49,417 bases of DNA, filler included, from Nitrospirota bacterium (GCA_011620345.1; 2 parts of 2 records of this genome joined end to end with filler, not necessarily neighbours in it); one strand, 5' to 3'. Positions 1-9,163 are shown, counted from the first letter of the whole stretch. The notes: generated from the letters alone by a model not told the origin. Numbers and translations are program-made.

Positions 1-35
1 CTGCGAGCGCTTTTGTCGCAGCCATACTTAAGGGA

Positions 36-268
36 GCGGGACAAGTTCAAAACACTATAGCCGGGGCTTTCCAGCCCCGGAGGCAAGGCCCTACGTGGCG
101 GGACTAAGCCCAAGGTCTTCTAGCCACGACGGTAAGGCAATGCCCTGCAAAAGCGGGACAAGAATGTCCCGGCTATCTAGAGAATGGCCGCACCCCCATT
201 GGATAGCCGGGGCTTTCCAGCCCCGGAGGCAAGGCCGCACATGGCAGAACAGGAATGTCGCGCCTATC
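36..268. repeat. Cluster of alternating-orientation REP-like palindromic repeats with a GATAG foot
   Basis: An exact 34-bp duplicate, ATAGCCGGGGCTTTCCAGCCCCGGAGGCAAGGCC, lies at 57-90 and 203-236. The inverted relative GCGGGACAAGAATGTCCCGGCTATC lies at 153-177, with degenerate copies at 36-59 and 244-268. The intact units form hairpins. Confidence 0.8.
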
Positions 269-343
269 GAAATGTTTTCTGGTTGGCCAAACTTCGCAGG
301 CGGAAGAACCGTGGTGCATAAGGCTCGTTAAGGCAGGAACCCC

Positions 344-377
344 CCTTCATATTGCTGCAACATTCATCCGCTACGAT
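344..377 (+). promoter_or_regulatory. Candidate PHO box plus -10 element
   Basis: CCTTCAT-ATTG-CTGCAAC (344-361) resembles CTGTCAT-N4-CTGT(C/A)A(C/T). It ends 10 nt before TACGAT (372-377) and lies upstream of two phosphoesterase genes. Confidence 0.5.
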
Positions 378-406
378 GGTGTGAAAAAACCGGAAGGAGG
401 CAGGGT

Positions 407-2380
407 ATGGCAAACAGGATCGGGGCATGGCTCCCAGCAGGATTCTTGTGTTTGTTCGGGGCGTTCGGGCCCATCTTGCCTATCCACTGCCAGGAACTCC
501 CGGTTCTCGACCCCTCTACGGCGGGCCACAAAGAAGACCAAGCCTATGGGGTGCGTAACCTGATCGGGATAGAGCAGCTCTATCAAGCCATCCAAGACGG
601 CGACGAAAAAGGCCTCAGGTTCGATCTATCCGGGATAAAAATACTGCTTGATGGCTCGATCATCGACCCGAGCAACGTCTACGGGACGCTCGCTGTCGGC
701 CCCGAGCCCTTTGAGGCTCTAGAGACCGATTATGCCTATGGAAGACTCCGGCGCGAAACCCCCCTCGAGCAAGGCCAAGGGCTGATCGATCTGGCCTACC
801 TTTTGGAGCCAAGCCACAACTCCGAGGGTTGGGAAGAAGAAGGAGAGGCTTTCTTGAGGGCCGAGCTCTTCATGGAAACGCCCGGAAAGGACAGAACCCT
901 GGGGGTCTGCGAGATTCCTTTCCGCTTCGGGTTCGACGGCACCTTTCGAAAACTCCCGGCGATTCTAGCCGGCCCCTTCGTTTCGCTGGCCACCTCCCAA
1001 AAACCCGATGAAATTACGGTATCCTTTCAGACGACGGAACCCCTTCGAGCGAGCGTGAGCGTGAACGAACGCTCCTTTCAGGACAAAGAACCCACGAAAG
1101 AGCACACCATCCTCGTTTCCGGACTACTCCCCGGTAATGTGTACAACTATCGTGTGACCTTCAACGGCTACGCCTCACGGCCTTACTCCTTCAAAACCGC
1201 CCCCAAAGCGGGGGATAACCCCCCTGTAACCTTCGCCTACACGGGCGATAGCCGCGAGGGCGTGGGCGGAGGGCAAGAGGCCCTCATGGGGGTCAACCAC
1301 CTTACTTTCGGGCGTCTCGCCAGCCTAGCCTACAGGAGAGAGGCGGACTTCCTGCTTTTCGGCGGAGACCTATTCAACGGCTACACGAGTTCCGTAGAAG
1401 ATTTTGAAGCCCAGCTTTTTTCCTGGAAACGGGCCCTATCGGGCTTTTGGCACGAACGGGCCGTCTACCCGGCCATGGGCAACCACGAATCGCTCCTTAG
1501 GGTTTTTAATGGAGGCGACATCCGCCTGGATCGCTGGCCGTATGCGACCGACAGCGCCGAGGCTTTGTTCGCCCGGGCTTTTAACAACCCAAACAACGGG
1601 CCCGAGACATCGGATTCAAGGCGCCCCTCCTACAAGGAGAACGTCTACTCCTTTAGGTACGGTCCAGTCTGTATCGTCGCCTTCAACAACAACTACTGGG
1701 CGAGCTTCAACGAAAAAGAGTTTGGCGGAAGCCCCGAGGGTTACATCCTTGAAGACCAGATGGGCTGGATCAAAGACGAGCTCGATAGGGCCGCTCAAGA
1801 CCCGAGCGTGCGCTTTATCGTCCTTTTCGCCCAAGAGCCCGTGATTCCCAACGGGGGCCATATAGACGATGCCATGTGGTACTTGGGCGATAACGCGGTA
1901 AGGGCCTCAACGTTCAAAGATGGAAGGGTTACGCCCGAAAGGGAGGGCATCATCGAGGTGCGCAACAAACTTATAAGGCTCGTGACGTCCAACCCGAAAG
2001 TGGCCTGCGTTTTAGGCTCCGACGAGCACTCCTACCACAGGACGCTCATCTCGTCGGATGTCCCGTTGGGCGACCCGGAAAAGGACGATGCCGACCACGA
2101 CGGGGTAGTCTGCGAGTCTTCCGAGAGCTGCTCGGCACTGGATGTCCGCCACCCCACCTGGTTCATCACTTCTGGCGGGGCGGGTGCCCCCTACTACGCC
2201 GAAGAGCCCACGCCATGGAACGTCTATCTGAAGAATGCCAGGCCAGGGGATTACCTCTACACCTCCCAGGCCAACATCTTGATCTTTCGGACCGAAGGCA
2301 ACACCTTGGGGCTCGAAGTATACAACCCCTACGGGCAGCGAATCGACTCGATCGAAGACCTGATGGCAAAGAAACGCTAA
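407..2380 (+). CDS. Exported purple-acid-phosphatase-like metallophosphoesterase with FN3-like domain
   Basis: RBS AAGGAGG; hydrophobic N-terminus; FN3-like segment (HTILVSGLLPGNVYNYRV...FKTAP); calcineurin-like motifs GDSR, GGDL, MGNHE; late TSGGAGAP. Confidence 0.8.
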   Translation: MANRIGAWLPAGFLCLFGAFGPILPIHCQELPVLDPSTAGHKEDQAYGVRNLIGIEQLYQAIQDGDEKGLRFDLSGIKILLDGSIIDPSNVYGTLAVGPEPFEALETDYAYGRLRRETPLEQGQGLIDLAYLLEPSHNSEGWEEEGEAFLRAELFMETPGKDRTLGVCEIPFRFGFDGTFRKLPAILAGPFVSLATSQKPDEITVSFQTTEPLRASVSVNERSFQDKEPTKEHTILVSGLLPGNVYNYRVTFNGYASRPYSFKTAPKAGDNPPVTFAYTGDSREGVGGGQEALMGVNHLTFGRLASLAYRREADFLLFGGDLFNGYTSSVEDFEAQLFSWKRALSGFWHERAVYPAMGNHESLLRVFNGGDIRLDRWPYATDSAEALFARAFNNPNNGPETSDSRRPSYKENVYSFRYGPVCIVAFNNNYWASFNEKEFGGSPEGYILEDQMGWIKDELDRAAQDPSVRFIVLFAQEPVIPNGGHIDDAMWYLGDNAVRASTFKDGRVTPEREGIIEVRNKLIRLVTSNPKVACVLGSDEHSYHRTLISSDVPLGDPEKDDADHDGVVCESSESCSALDVRHPTWFITSGGAGAPYYAEEPTPWNVYLKNARPGDYLYTSQANILIFRTEGNTLGLEVYNPYGQRIDSIEDLMAKKR

Positions 2381-2427
2381 GGTGGATGCCGTTGTGAACG
2401 GGCCTAACAAACCTTAAGGGAGGCTTT

Positions 2428-4938
2428 ATGGGCGGCATGACGATCAGGCTCGTTGGCTTGCTCCTTTTTGGGCTACTTTTTCCTTTTGTAGGTACCGCTT
2501 GCAGCCAGGGCACGCCCCCACCTACAGAGCCTCCTCGGCCCGAAGCCCCCTGGCCTGCGGGCGCCCCCCTTACTGGCTACACCCCGAACCACTGGCGCTT
2601 AAGCCCAGCGGGAACCCAGGTGATCGTTGGCGACAGGCCGATGGGGATGGCGCTCGATCAAACAGGCCGATACCTCTTTATCACGAACAACGGCCAGGGG
2701 GTGCAAAGCCTGGTCGTGTTCGATACGCTCGCGGGCGGGATCGTCGAAAAAAAGCCCTACCCTCCCCCGGAGGCGCTGTTTTTCGGGATCGCTGTTTCCC
2801 CGGACAACGCTCGCGTCTACGCCTCGGCCGGTGGCAACAACAAAATCCGGGTTTACGCCTTCGAGCCTCCAGGGCTAACCGAGTTGGATCCGTTCGTGCT
2901 GGGCCAAGAAGACGACGGACTCTATCCCACCGGCCTTGCTCTCTCCAAGGATGGCAAAACGCTCTACGTCGCCCTCAACCTAGCCAATGCCGTTGCTAGA
3001 ATCGATTTGCAATCCAGAGCCGTCCGTACGCTTTCTTTTGGCCCAAGGGCGAGCAAGGATTTTACGGGGCCGTTACCCTACGCCCTCGAGCTCTCGAAGG
3101 ATGGCAAAGAGCTCTACGTTTCGCTCCAGAACGGGGGCGGCATCGCCGTAGTGGACTTGAGAAGCCTTGAAGAAAAAAGAAGGATTAAAACTGGCATCCA
3201 CCCAACCGCCATGGCTCTTACCAATGACGGCAAAAGGCTTTACGTCGCCAACACCAACACCGACACCGTTTCTGTCATCGATACCCTCTCGGGCAAAATA
3301 GAGGCTACGCTCAACCTTTCTCCTTACCAGGGCGCCCTGTTTGGCTCCATGCCGAACGCGCTCGCCCTCTCGGGCGACGATGGCACGCTTTTTGTATCCA
3401 ACGGGGGGAACAACGACATTGCATTGGTCGATACAAAAACCCTCACGGTCAAAGGCCTGATCCCAACGGCATGGTTTCCGAGCGCGCTTGCTCTCTCCAA
3501 GGATGGTAAAACCCTCTACGTGACCAACATGAAGGGCTTGGGCGCAGGGCCGAACCCCAAAGGGCCGAACCCGGAATCGAGCGAGCCTTACGAGCAGTAC
3601 ATCGGCTCGATGATTCAAGGAACGCTAAGCGCGATCAAGGTTCCAGATGAAGAGACGCTTAAGCGCTACACCGAGCGTGTAACCCAAAATAACGGGTTTG
3701 ACGAGACGAAAAACCAGCTCGCCCGGGGCTCAAAAATGGCCCCGCCGCATTCGATCCCTAGGCGTCCGGGCGAGCCGTCTTTCATTCGGCACGTGATTTA
3801 CGTAATCAAGGAAAACCGCACCTATGACCAGGTTCTAGGCGACATGCCCCAAGGGAACGGAGACCCAAGCCTTGTGCTGTTCGGCCCTGATACCACGCCC
3901 AACCATCACGCCCTGGCCAAAGAGTTCGTCCTTTTTGATAACTTCTACGCGGACGCCGAGGTGAGCGCGGACGGCCATAACTGGTCTATGGGGGCGATCG
4001 CCACGGACTACGTCCAGAGGAACTGGCCCGCCAACTACTCCGGCCGCAACCGCCCCTACGACTTTGAGGCAGGATCGGAGGCCGTCCTGCCTCCGGCCGG
4101 CTACCTCTGGGACTTGGCCCAAAGGGCTGGGTTGAGCTACAGGGTTTACGGCGAGTTCGGAAACGCAGGAACGTCTGGAAAGACCGAACCCGCCGCGTTC
4201 GCAACGAACCTTGAAGGGCATCTTGCCCCCGATTTTCCGGCCTACAACCTCAGAATCACGGACCAAACGCGCTTCGAAGCCTGGGAAAAAGAGTTCGAAG
4301 GCTTCGTGAAAAAAGGAGTTCTTCCTTCGTTGATGATCGTGAGGCTTCCAAACGACCACACGGCCGGGACGCGCCCAGGCATGCCAACGCCCAAGGCGAT
4401 GGTTGCCGACAACGACCTCGCCCTGGGCAGGCTGATCGAGGCCGTCTCCCGCTCTCCTTTTTGGAAGGACACGGCCGTCTTTGTCGTCGAAGACGACGCC
4501 CAGAACGGCCCAGACCACGTCGATGCCCACAGGACACTGTGCCTTATAGCCTCGCCGTACGCACGCAGGGGCGCGATCGATTCGAGCTGGTACTCTACCG
4601 TCTCGCTCATTAAAACGATCGAACTGATCCTTGGGCTTCCTTCGATGAGCCAGTTCGACGCCGCGGCCACGCCCATGCTCAACGCCTTTACAGACGAGCC
4701 GGATACGCGGCCCTACTTGGCGCGCATCCCCACGCAGCCGCTCAGCGAAGTCAACGGGGAAGACGCCTTCCGGGCCAAGGACTCGCTCGCCTTGAACCTC
4801 GATCAAGAGGCCGACAGAATGGACGAGCAGGCGTTCAACGAGATCCTCTGGGGGGCGATCAAAGGGCCTGACACCCCCATGCCAAACCCCAGGCACGCCT
4901 ACTGCCGACCCACGCCCTGGCTTGAGGAAGATGACTGA
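2428..4938 (+). CDS. Bifunctional YncE/YVTN beta-propeller plus phosphoesterase (alkaline-phosphatase superfamily), probable lipoprotein
   Basis: RBS GGGAGG; signal peptide ending GTAC; repeated blades (LALSKDGKTLYV); phosphoesterase motifs YVIKENRTYDQVLGD, LPNDHT, EDDAQNGPDHVDAHR. Confidence 0.85.
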   Translation: MGGMTIRLVGLLLFGLLFPFVGTACSQGTPPPTEPPRPEAPWPAGAPLTGYTPNHWRLSPAGTQVIVGDRPMGMALDQTGRYLFITNNGQGVQSLVVFDTLAGGIVEKKPYPPPEALFFGIAVSPDNARVYASAGGNNKIRVYAFEPPGLTELDPFVLGQEDDGLYPTGLALSKDGKTLYVALNLANAVARIDLQSRAVRTLSFGPRASKDFTGPLPYALELSKDGKELYVSLQNGGGIAVVDLRSLEEKRRIKTGIHPTAMALTNDGKRLYVANTNTDTVSVIDTLSGKIEATLNLSPYQGALFGSMPNALALSGDDGTLFVSNGGNNDIALVDTKTLTVKGLIPTAWFPSALALSKDGKTLYVTNMKGLGAGPNPKGPNPESSEPYEQYIGSMIQGTLSAIKVPDEETLKRYTERVTQNNGFDETKNQLARGSKMAPPHSIPRRPGEPSFIRHVIYVIKENRTYDQVLGDMPQGNGDPSLVLFGPDTTPNHHALAKEFVLFDNFYADAEVSADGHNWSMGAIATDYVQRNWPANYSGRNRPYDFEAGSEAVLPPAGYLWDLAQRAGLSYRVYGEFGNAGTSGKTEPAAFATNLEGHLAPDFPAYNLRITDQTRFEAWEKEFEGFVKKGVLPSLMIVRLPNDHTAGTRPGMPTPKAMVADNDLALGRLIEAVSRSPFWKDTAVFVVEDDAQNGPDHVDAHRTLCLIASPYARRGAIDSSWYSTVSLIKTIELILGLPSMSQFDAAATPMLNAFTDEPDTRPYLARIPTQPLSEVNGEDAFRAKDSLALNLDQEADRMDEQAFNEILWGAIKGPDTPMPNPRHAYCRPTPWLEEDD

Positions 4939-5160
4939 GCTAGGGGCCTGGAACGGCCCTCGTGAGGGGGGGCCGCCCGGCTAAAGTTGGTTGAGGTTGG
5001 CCCGTTTGTCGTTCCAACAAAGCAAGAAAGGTGCCGTCAACCGCTGAAACGGAGCGTTGAAACACCCCTTCCGCCGCCTTCGGAGCCTGCAAAAACGCCC
5101 GTCGCGTAAGCGAGCCAAAGAAATTGTAGATTCCATACTTTAATGCTTTCTGCTCGTTGT

Positions 5161-5178
5161 CGTCTACCAAAGTGGACG
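5161..5178. promoter_or_regulatory. Candidate BlaI/CopY-family operator (imperfect palindrome)
   Basis: CGTCTAC-CAAA-GTGGACG has a 6/7 inverted match and lies about 90 nt upstream of a BlaI-family gene. Confidence 0.35.
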
Positions 5179-5270
5179 TTGTCAACCCTGGACAACCGCT
5201 TCTGTTAAGGCGTATGGTAATAGCCTCCATAAAAATGCGCAAAAAAACCCGAATGGATATTTCTAAAGTC

Positions 5271-5675
5271 ATGGTCCGGTTCTCTGCTTTGGGCAAGCTC
5301 GAAACGTTGGTAATGGAAACCCTCTGGAAGTCCAAAGAAGGGGTCTCAGGCAAGGAGGTCCACGCCAAGGTACATGAGCAACGCCATATAGCACTCACAA
5401 CGGTACTCACCGTGCTCGAGCGCCTTCAAAAAAAGGGGCTCGTAGTCAGGCTCAAAGACGAGGGGAAGACGTTTAGGTTCGCCCCTTCCCTTCCAAAAGA
5501 GAAGTTCTATCGGGAGCTTTCTAGACAGGCCCTTCAGGGGCTTATCGAGAAGTCCCAGCAAGGCACGTTGAGCGCGTTTGCCGAACTCTTGGGCACGCTC
5601 ACGCCCGAAGAGAGGGCCGAACTCGATCGGCTCGTAGAACAAAGGAAGGGCGGGGATGAAACGTTGGAGGGCTAG
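5271..5675 (+). CDS. BlaI/MecI/CopY-family transcriptional repressor
   Basis: Winged-helix signature LGKLETLVMETLW...IALTTVLTVLERLQKKGLV. The start is uncertain (ATG 5253 or 5271). It overlaps the downstream M56 gene. Confidence 0.88.
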   Translation: MVRFSALGKLETLVMETLWKSKEGVSGKEVHAKVHEQRHIALTTVLTVLERLQKKGLVVRLKDEGKTFRFAPSLPKEKFYRELSRQALQGLIEKSQQGTLSAFAELLGTLTPEERAELDRLVEQRKGGDETLEG

Positions 5676-6567
5676 GGTCTCCCCGTTTGGGCTCGCTCTC
5701 GGGCTGGCACTAGCCTTGTTGGGCCTTGAAGCCCTGGGAACGCTGCCCGAGTTTGGCCTTCTTGGCCAACCATTGCGCTGTGCCCCGTTTTGCAAGCTGC
5801 ATTGTGCGCTCCAACATGGAGACTGGAGACCCCTCACCGAAGCCTGGCTTTTGCTTTGGGCGGCAACCGGGCTTGTGCTCTGTATAGCGGTTCTCTTGGC
5901 CGTTTTTCATGCGGGCCGCATCGTCTGGACGACCAAAAAGGCCCTCGAGGCGCTCCGTGCAAGGCCAGTGAGCCTAGATGGGCCCATGGGAGTGAGCGTG
6001 TTCGCAAATGCGGACATGCCTCTGGCATTCACCGCAGGCTTCTTCAGGCCTAAGGTGTACGCATCCGAAGCGCTTTTGGCCGAGGTGCCGCCAAAAGAGC
6101 TTCATCTCGTGCTGGCCCACGAGCTCCACCACGCAAAGAAGAAAGACCCGCTTAAGGCCTTGATCCTGGCCTCCCTCGCTTTCGGCTTTCCCTTCCTCCC
6201 CATGTTTTCCTGGCTAAAGGCGCGCTTTTTGGAAGATGCGGAGATCCAGGCCGACGATGCGGCGCTTAAGGCCGTGGACGATCCTCGCCTGCTCGCCCGA
6301 ACGCTTCTCAAACTCTCGGCCCGAGCAACGACCATGTTTGCCGCCTTTTTTAGCCATGGGCCTGAATCCTCGATCGTTGCTACAAGGGTAAGGAGGCTTG
6401 TGGGAGCCAAAGAGTCCGCGCCCGGCGGGCGGCCATCCTTTTCGGCTCTTTTGTCTTCTGTCTTGGTTTACGGGTTTTTGACCCTTGGACCCGCCCTGGT
6501 TCTTGCCGGCCGTTTGACTGGAAAGGCCAGCATTTTAAGCTGTCTTTGCAGCTTTGGCCTTTCTTAA
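5656..6567 (+). CDS. M56-family (BlaR1-like) membrane metallopeptidase without C-terminal sensor domain
   Basis: TM helices; PLAFTAGFFRPKVY; zinc motif LAHELHH followed by DPL; EIQADDAA; coupled to the BlaI gene. Confidence 0.85.
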   Translation: MKRWRARVSPFGLALGLALALLGLEALGTLPEFGLLGQPLRCAPFCKLHCALQHGDWRPLTEAWLLLWAATGLVLCIAVLLAVFHAGRIVWTTKKALEALRARPVSLDGPMGVSVFANADMPLAFTAGFFRPKVYASEALLAEVPPKELHLVLAHELHHAKKKDPLKALILASLAFGFPFLPMFSWLKARFLEDAEIQADDAALKAVDDPRLLARTLLKLSARATTMFAAFFSHGPESSIVATRVRRLVGAKESAPGGRPSFSALLSSVLVYGFLTLGPALVLAGRLTGKASILSCLCSFGLS

Positions 6568-6596
6568 AAACCCCTTTTTTCGCGGACCTTTGATGC

Positions 6597-6625
6597 TTGA
6601 CCGATAAGACACGGATAGGTATAAT
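6597..6625 (+). promoter_or_regulatory. Sigma70-type promoter
   Basis: TTGACC (6597-6602), a 17-nt spacer and TATAAT (6620-6625), 65 nt upstream of the GTG at 6691. Confidence 0.7.
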
Positions 6626-6632
6626 TGTCAAT

Positions 6633-6656
6633 ATTACCTATATGCTAATAGATAAT
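6633..6656. promoter_or_regulatory. Palindromic operator, possibly Rrf2 (CymR/IscR-like) type
   Basis: ATTACCTAT-N6-ATAGATAAT has an 8/9 inverted match, just downstream of the -10 of a sulfur amino acid gene. Confidence 0.45.
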
Positions 6657-6690
6657 TCTCCTCTCCCATCCCCATCGCAAGGAGGACACC

Positions 6691-7830
6691 GTGGAATTCG
6701 AAACCACCGCGCTGCACGCGGGCGAAAGGCCCGAAAAGCTCTACGGGGCAATTTCTGTCCCCATTTACCAAACCTCGACGTTCGAGTTCGAGGACATCGG
6801 AAAAACCAGGGGGTTCGACTACACCCGCTCGGGCAACCCGACGAGAAAGGCGCTCGAGGATACGCTCGCCGCGCTCGAGGGGGGCAGCTTTGCAGTTGCG
6901 TTCGCAAGCGGAATGGCGGCCGAATCCACGCTCATGCACCTGCTCGCCCCGGGCGATCGTATCCTTGCCCAGAAAGACCTCTACGGCGGCTCCTACAGGC
7001 TGCTTGCCGCCATCCTTAAGCCATGGGGGATCGAGACGGACTTTGTCGATTTCTACAACTTGGGTGATGTTGAGCGCACCGTATCGCCTAACACCCGGAT
7101 GGTCTGGATAGAAAGCATATCCAACCCGCTGCTTGGCGTCCCCGATATTCCAGGGATCGTCCAAATTGCCAAAGATCACGGCCTCCTTAGCGTAGTCGAC
7201 AACACGTTCGCCTCTCCTGTCTTCTGCAACCCGCTCGAGCTGGGGGCGGATATCGTCGTCCATTCGACGACAAAGTACATCAACGGCCACTCGGATGTTA
7301 TCGGTGGAGCCATCGTTACAAAAGATCCCCGCCTGGCCGAGCGCATAGGCTATTTCGCCAACGCGCTCGGGACAACGCAGGCCCCTTTCGATAGCTGGCT
7401 TGTCTTGAGGGGGTTGGACACGCTTTGGCTTCGGATGCGTTGTCATGAGGCCAACGCTCTTCAAGCGGCCCGTTTCCTTGAGACGCACCCTGCGGTGGAG
7501 CGAGTCTACTATCCGGGGCTCGAGACCCACACGAGCCATGCGCAGGCCAAACGCCTGCTAAAAGGGTTTGGAGGCGTCGTTTCGTTCGTCGCAAAATGCG
7601 GACAAGAGGGCGCATTCCGCTTCCTAAGACAAATTCGCCTTATCAAGCTGGCCGAATCCTTGGGCGGAACGCACTCACTCGCGCAACACCCAGCCACGAT
7701 GAGCCATGCGACCATGCCCCAAGACGTGCGTAGGGCGGCCGGGATCGAAGAGGGCCTTGTAAGGCTCTCTATCGGGCTCGAGAACCCCAAAGACCTGCTC
7801 GCCGACCTTCAGGAAGCGCTTAAGGCTTAA
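6691..7830 (+). CDS. metB: Cystathionine gamma-synthase/gamma-lyase family PLP enzyme
   Basis: PIYQTSTF, YTRSGNPT, FASGMAA, DNTFASP, PLP lysine in HSTTKYINGHSD, LAESLGG; RBS AAGGAGG. Synthase versus lyase activity is not resolved. Confidence 0.85.
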   Translation: MEFETTALHAGERPEKLYGAISVPIYQTSTFEFEDIGKTRGFDYTRSGNPTRKALEDTLAALEGGSFAVAFASGMAAESTLMHLLAPGDRILAQKDLYGGSYRLLAAILKPWGIETDFVDFYNLGDVERTVSPNTRMVWIESISNPLLGVPDIPGIVQIAKDHGLLSVVDNTFASPVFCNPLELGADIVVHSTTKYINGHSDVIGGAIVTKDPRLAERIGYFANALGTTQAPFDSWLVLRGLDTLWLRMRCHEANALQAARFLETHPAVERVYYPGLETHTSHAQAKRLLKGFGGVVSFVAKCGQEGAFRFLRQIRLIKLAESLGGTHSLAQHPATMSHATMPQDVRRAAGIEEGLVRLSIGLENPKDLLADLQEALKA

Positions 7831-7914
7831 GACCAACGTCGAACTTGACGTAGGCGCCCCTTTTGATCATGCTGAAGGTCAAGGAGCACGAAAAGAGAAC
7901 CAAAAAGGACCCCT

Positions 7915-9159
7915 ATGGCGGAGACATTGTTTGCGCAGGCCATTGAACAGTTCGAGCGGGCGAGCGTCTGCCTCGATGTAAGGCCCTCGACACTTGCAAC
8001 TCTTAAGCGGCCAAAACGTGAGCTCACCGTGAATTTTCCCGTCGAGATGGACGACGGCTCCGTCAGGGTCTTTACGGGCTACAGGGTACACCACAACGCC
8101 ACGCTCGGCCCCACAAAGGGCGGCATTCGGTACCACCCAGGAGTCGACCTAGACGAGGTACGAGCACTTGCCATGTGGATGACCTGGAAATGCTCGCTCG
8201 TCGGTATCCCGTTCGGCGGGGCCAAGGGAGGGGTGACCGTCGACCCTCTAGCCCTGTCCCTCAAAGAACTTGAGAACCTAACGCGCAGGTTTACGACCGA
8301 GATCAGCATAATGATCAACCCGGAGGGCGACATCCCCGCACCGGACTTGGGCACAGGCCCAAGAGAAATGGCTTGGATGATGGATACCTATTCCATGCAT
8401 AAGGGGTACTCGGTACACGCGATCGTCACGGGCAAGCCTGTTTTGCTTGGCGGTTCGCTCGGAAGGGACGAGGCGGCAGGGCGTGGCGCGGGGATCACCG
8501 CACTCGAGGCGCTAGCGCTCCTTGGCATCGCCCCCCAAAGCGCAAGGGCAGTCATCCAAGGCTTTGGCAACGTGGGGCAGGGCGCGGCAAAGTTCCTGGA
8601 GGGTTCCGGCTTAAGGCTTGTTGGCGTGAGCGACGTGACGGGCGGGCTCTGCAACCCAGACGGAATCCGCTTTGAAGAGCTGATGGAGCACGTCAAGGTT
8701 CACGGCGCTCTCAAAGGGTTCCCCAAGGCCGAGGCCGTCTCGAACGCGGAGCTTTTGGAACTCGAGTGCGAGGTGCTTTTGCCTTGCGCCGTCGCCCGCC
8801 AGGTCACGGAAGAGAACGCCCATAGGATCCGCGCAAAAGTGCTCGCCGAGGGCGGCAACGGGCCGACAACGCCGGAGGGTGAGAGGATTCTTTTGGAGAA
8901 GGGCGTATTTATCGTGCCCGACATCCTGTGCAATGCGGGTGGCGTGATCGTCTCGTATTTTGAATGGGTTCAAGACCTCCAGTCGTTTTTCTGGAGCGAG
9001 GACGAAGTCAACCGAAGGCTCAAGGACATCATCGTTTGTGCGTTCCATTCCGTGCTCGCAAAGGCCAAAGAAAAAGGCATCGACAACCGGACGGCCGCAC
9101 AGGCGTTGGGAATCGAACGCGTGGCCAGGGCGATCGAACTTAGAGGCATCTATCCCTAA
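7915..9159 (+). CDS. gdhA: Glu/Leu/Phe/Val dehydrogenase, probably glutamate dehydrogenase
   Basis: GPTKGGIRY, PFGGAKGG, DIPAPD, TGKP, QGFGNVG, NAGGVIVSYFEWVQ. Confidence 0.92.
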   Translation: MAETLFAQAIEQFERASVCLDVRPSTLATLKRPKRELTVNFPVEMDDGSVRVFTGYRVHHNATLGPTKGGIRYHPGVDLDEVRALAMWMTWKCSLVGIPFGGAKGGVTVDPLALSLKELENLTRRFTTEISIMINPEGDIPAPDLGTGPREMAWMMDTYSMHKGYSVHAIVTGKPVLLGGSLGRDEAAGRGAGITALEALALLGIAPQSARAVIQGFGNVGQGAAKFLEGSGLRLVGVSDVTGGLCNPDGIRFEELMEHVKVHGALKGFPKAEAVSNAELLELECEVLLPCAVARQVTEENAHRIRAKVLAEGGNGPTTPEGERILLEKGVFIVPDILCNAGGVIVSYFEWVQDLQSFFWSEDEVNRRLKDIIVCAFHSVLAKAKEKGIDNRTAAQALGIERVARAIELRGIYP

Positions 9160-9163
9160 AGTC

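Noticed and set aside
36-268. Possible CRISPR mini-array
   Set aside because: There are only two identical units, 146 bp apart, interleaved with inverted relatives, and no cas genes. This fits REP-like elements better.
2935-3525. Three near-identical ~30-nt DNA repeats (CTCTCxAAGGATGGxAAA...CTCTACGT)
   Set aside because: They are in-frame codons for the LSKDGKxLYV beta-propeller blades, so protein repeats explain them.
3835-4896. Long antisense ORFs here and at 6634-7539, 23772-24671 and 46048-46857
   Set aside because: They lie opposite well-supported genes and show no family motifs. Such shadows are expected from GC-rich codon bias.
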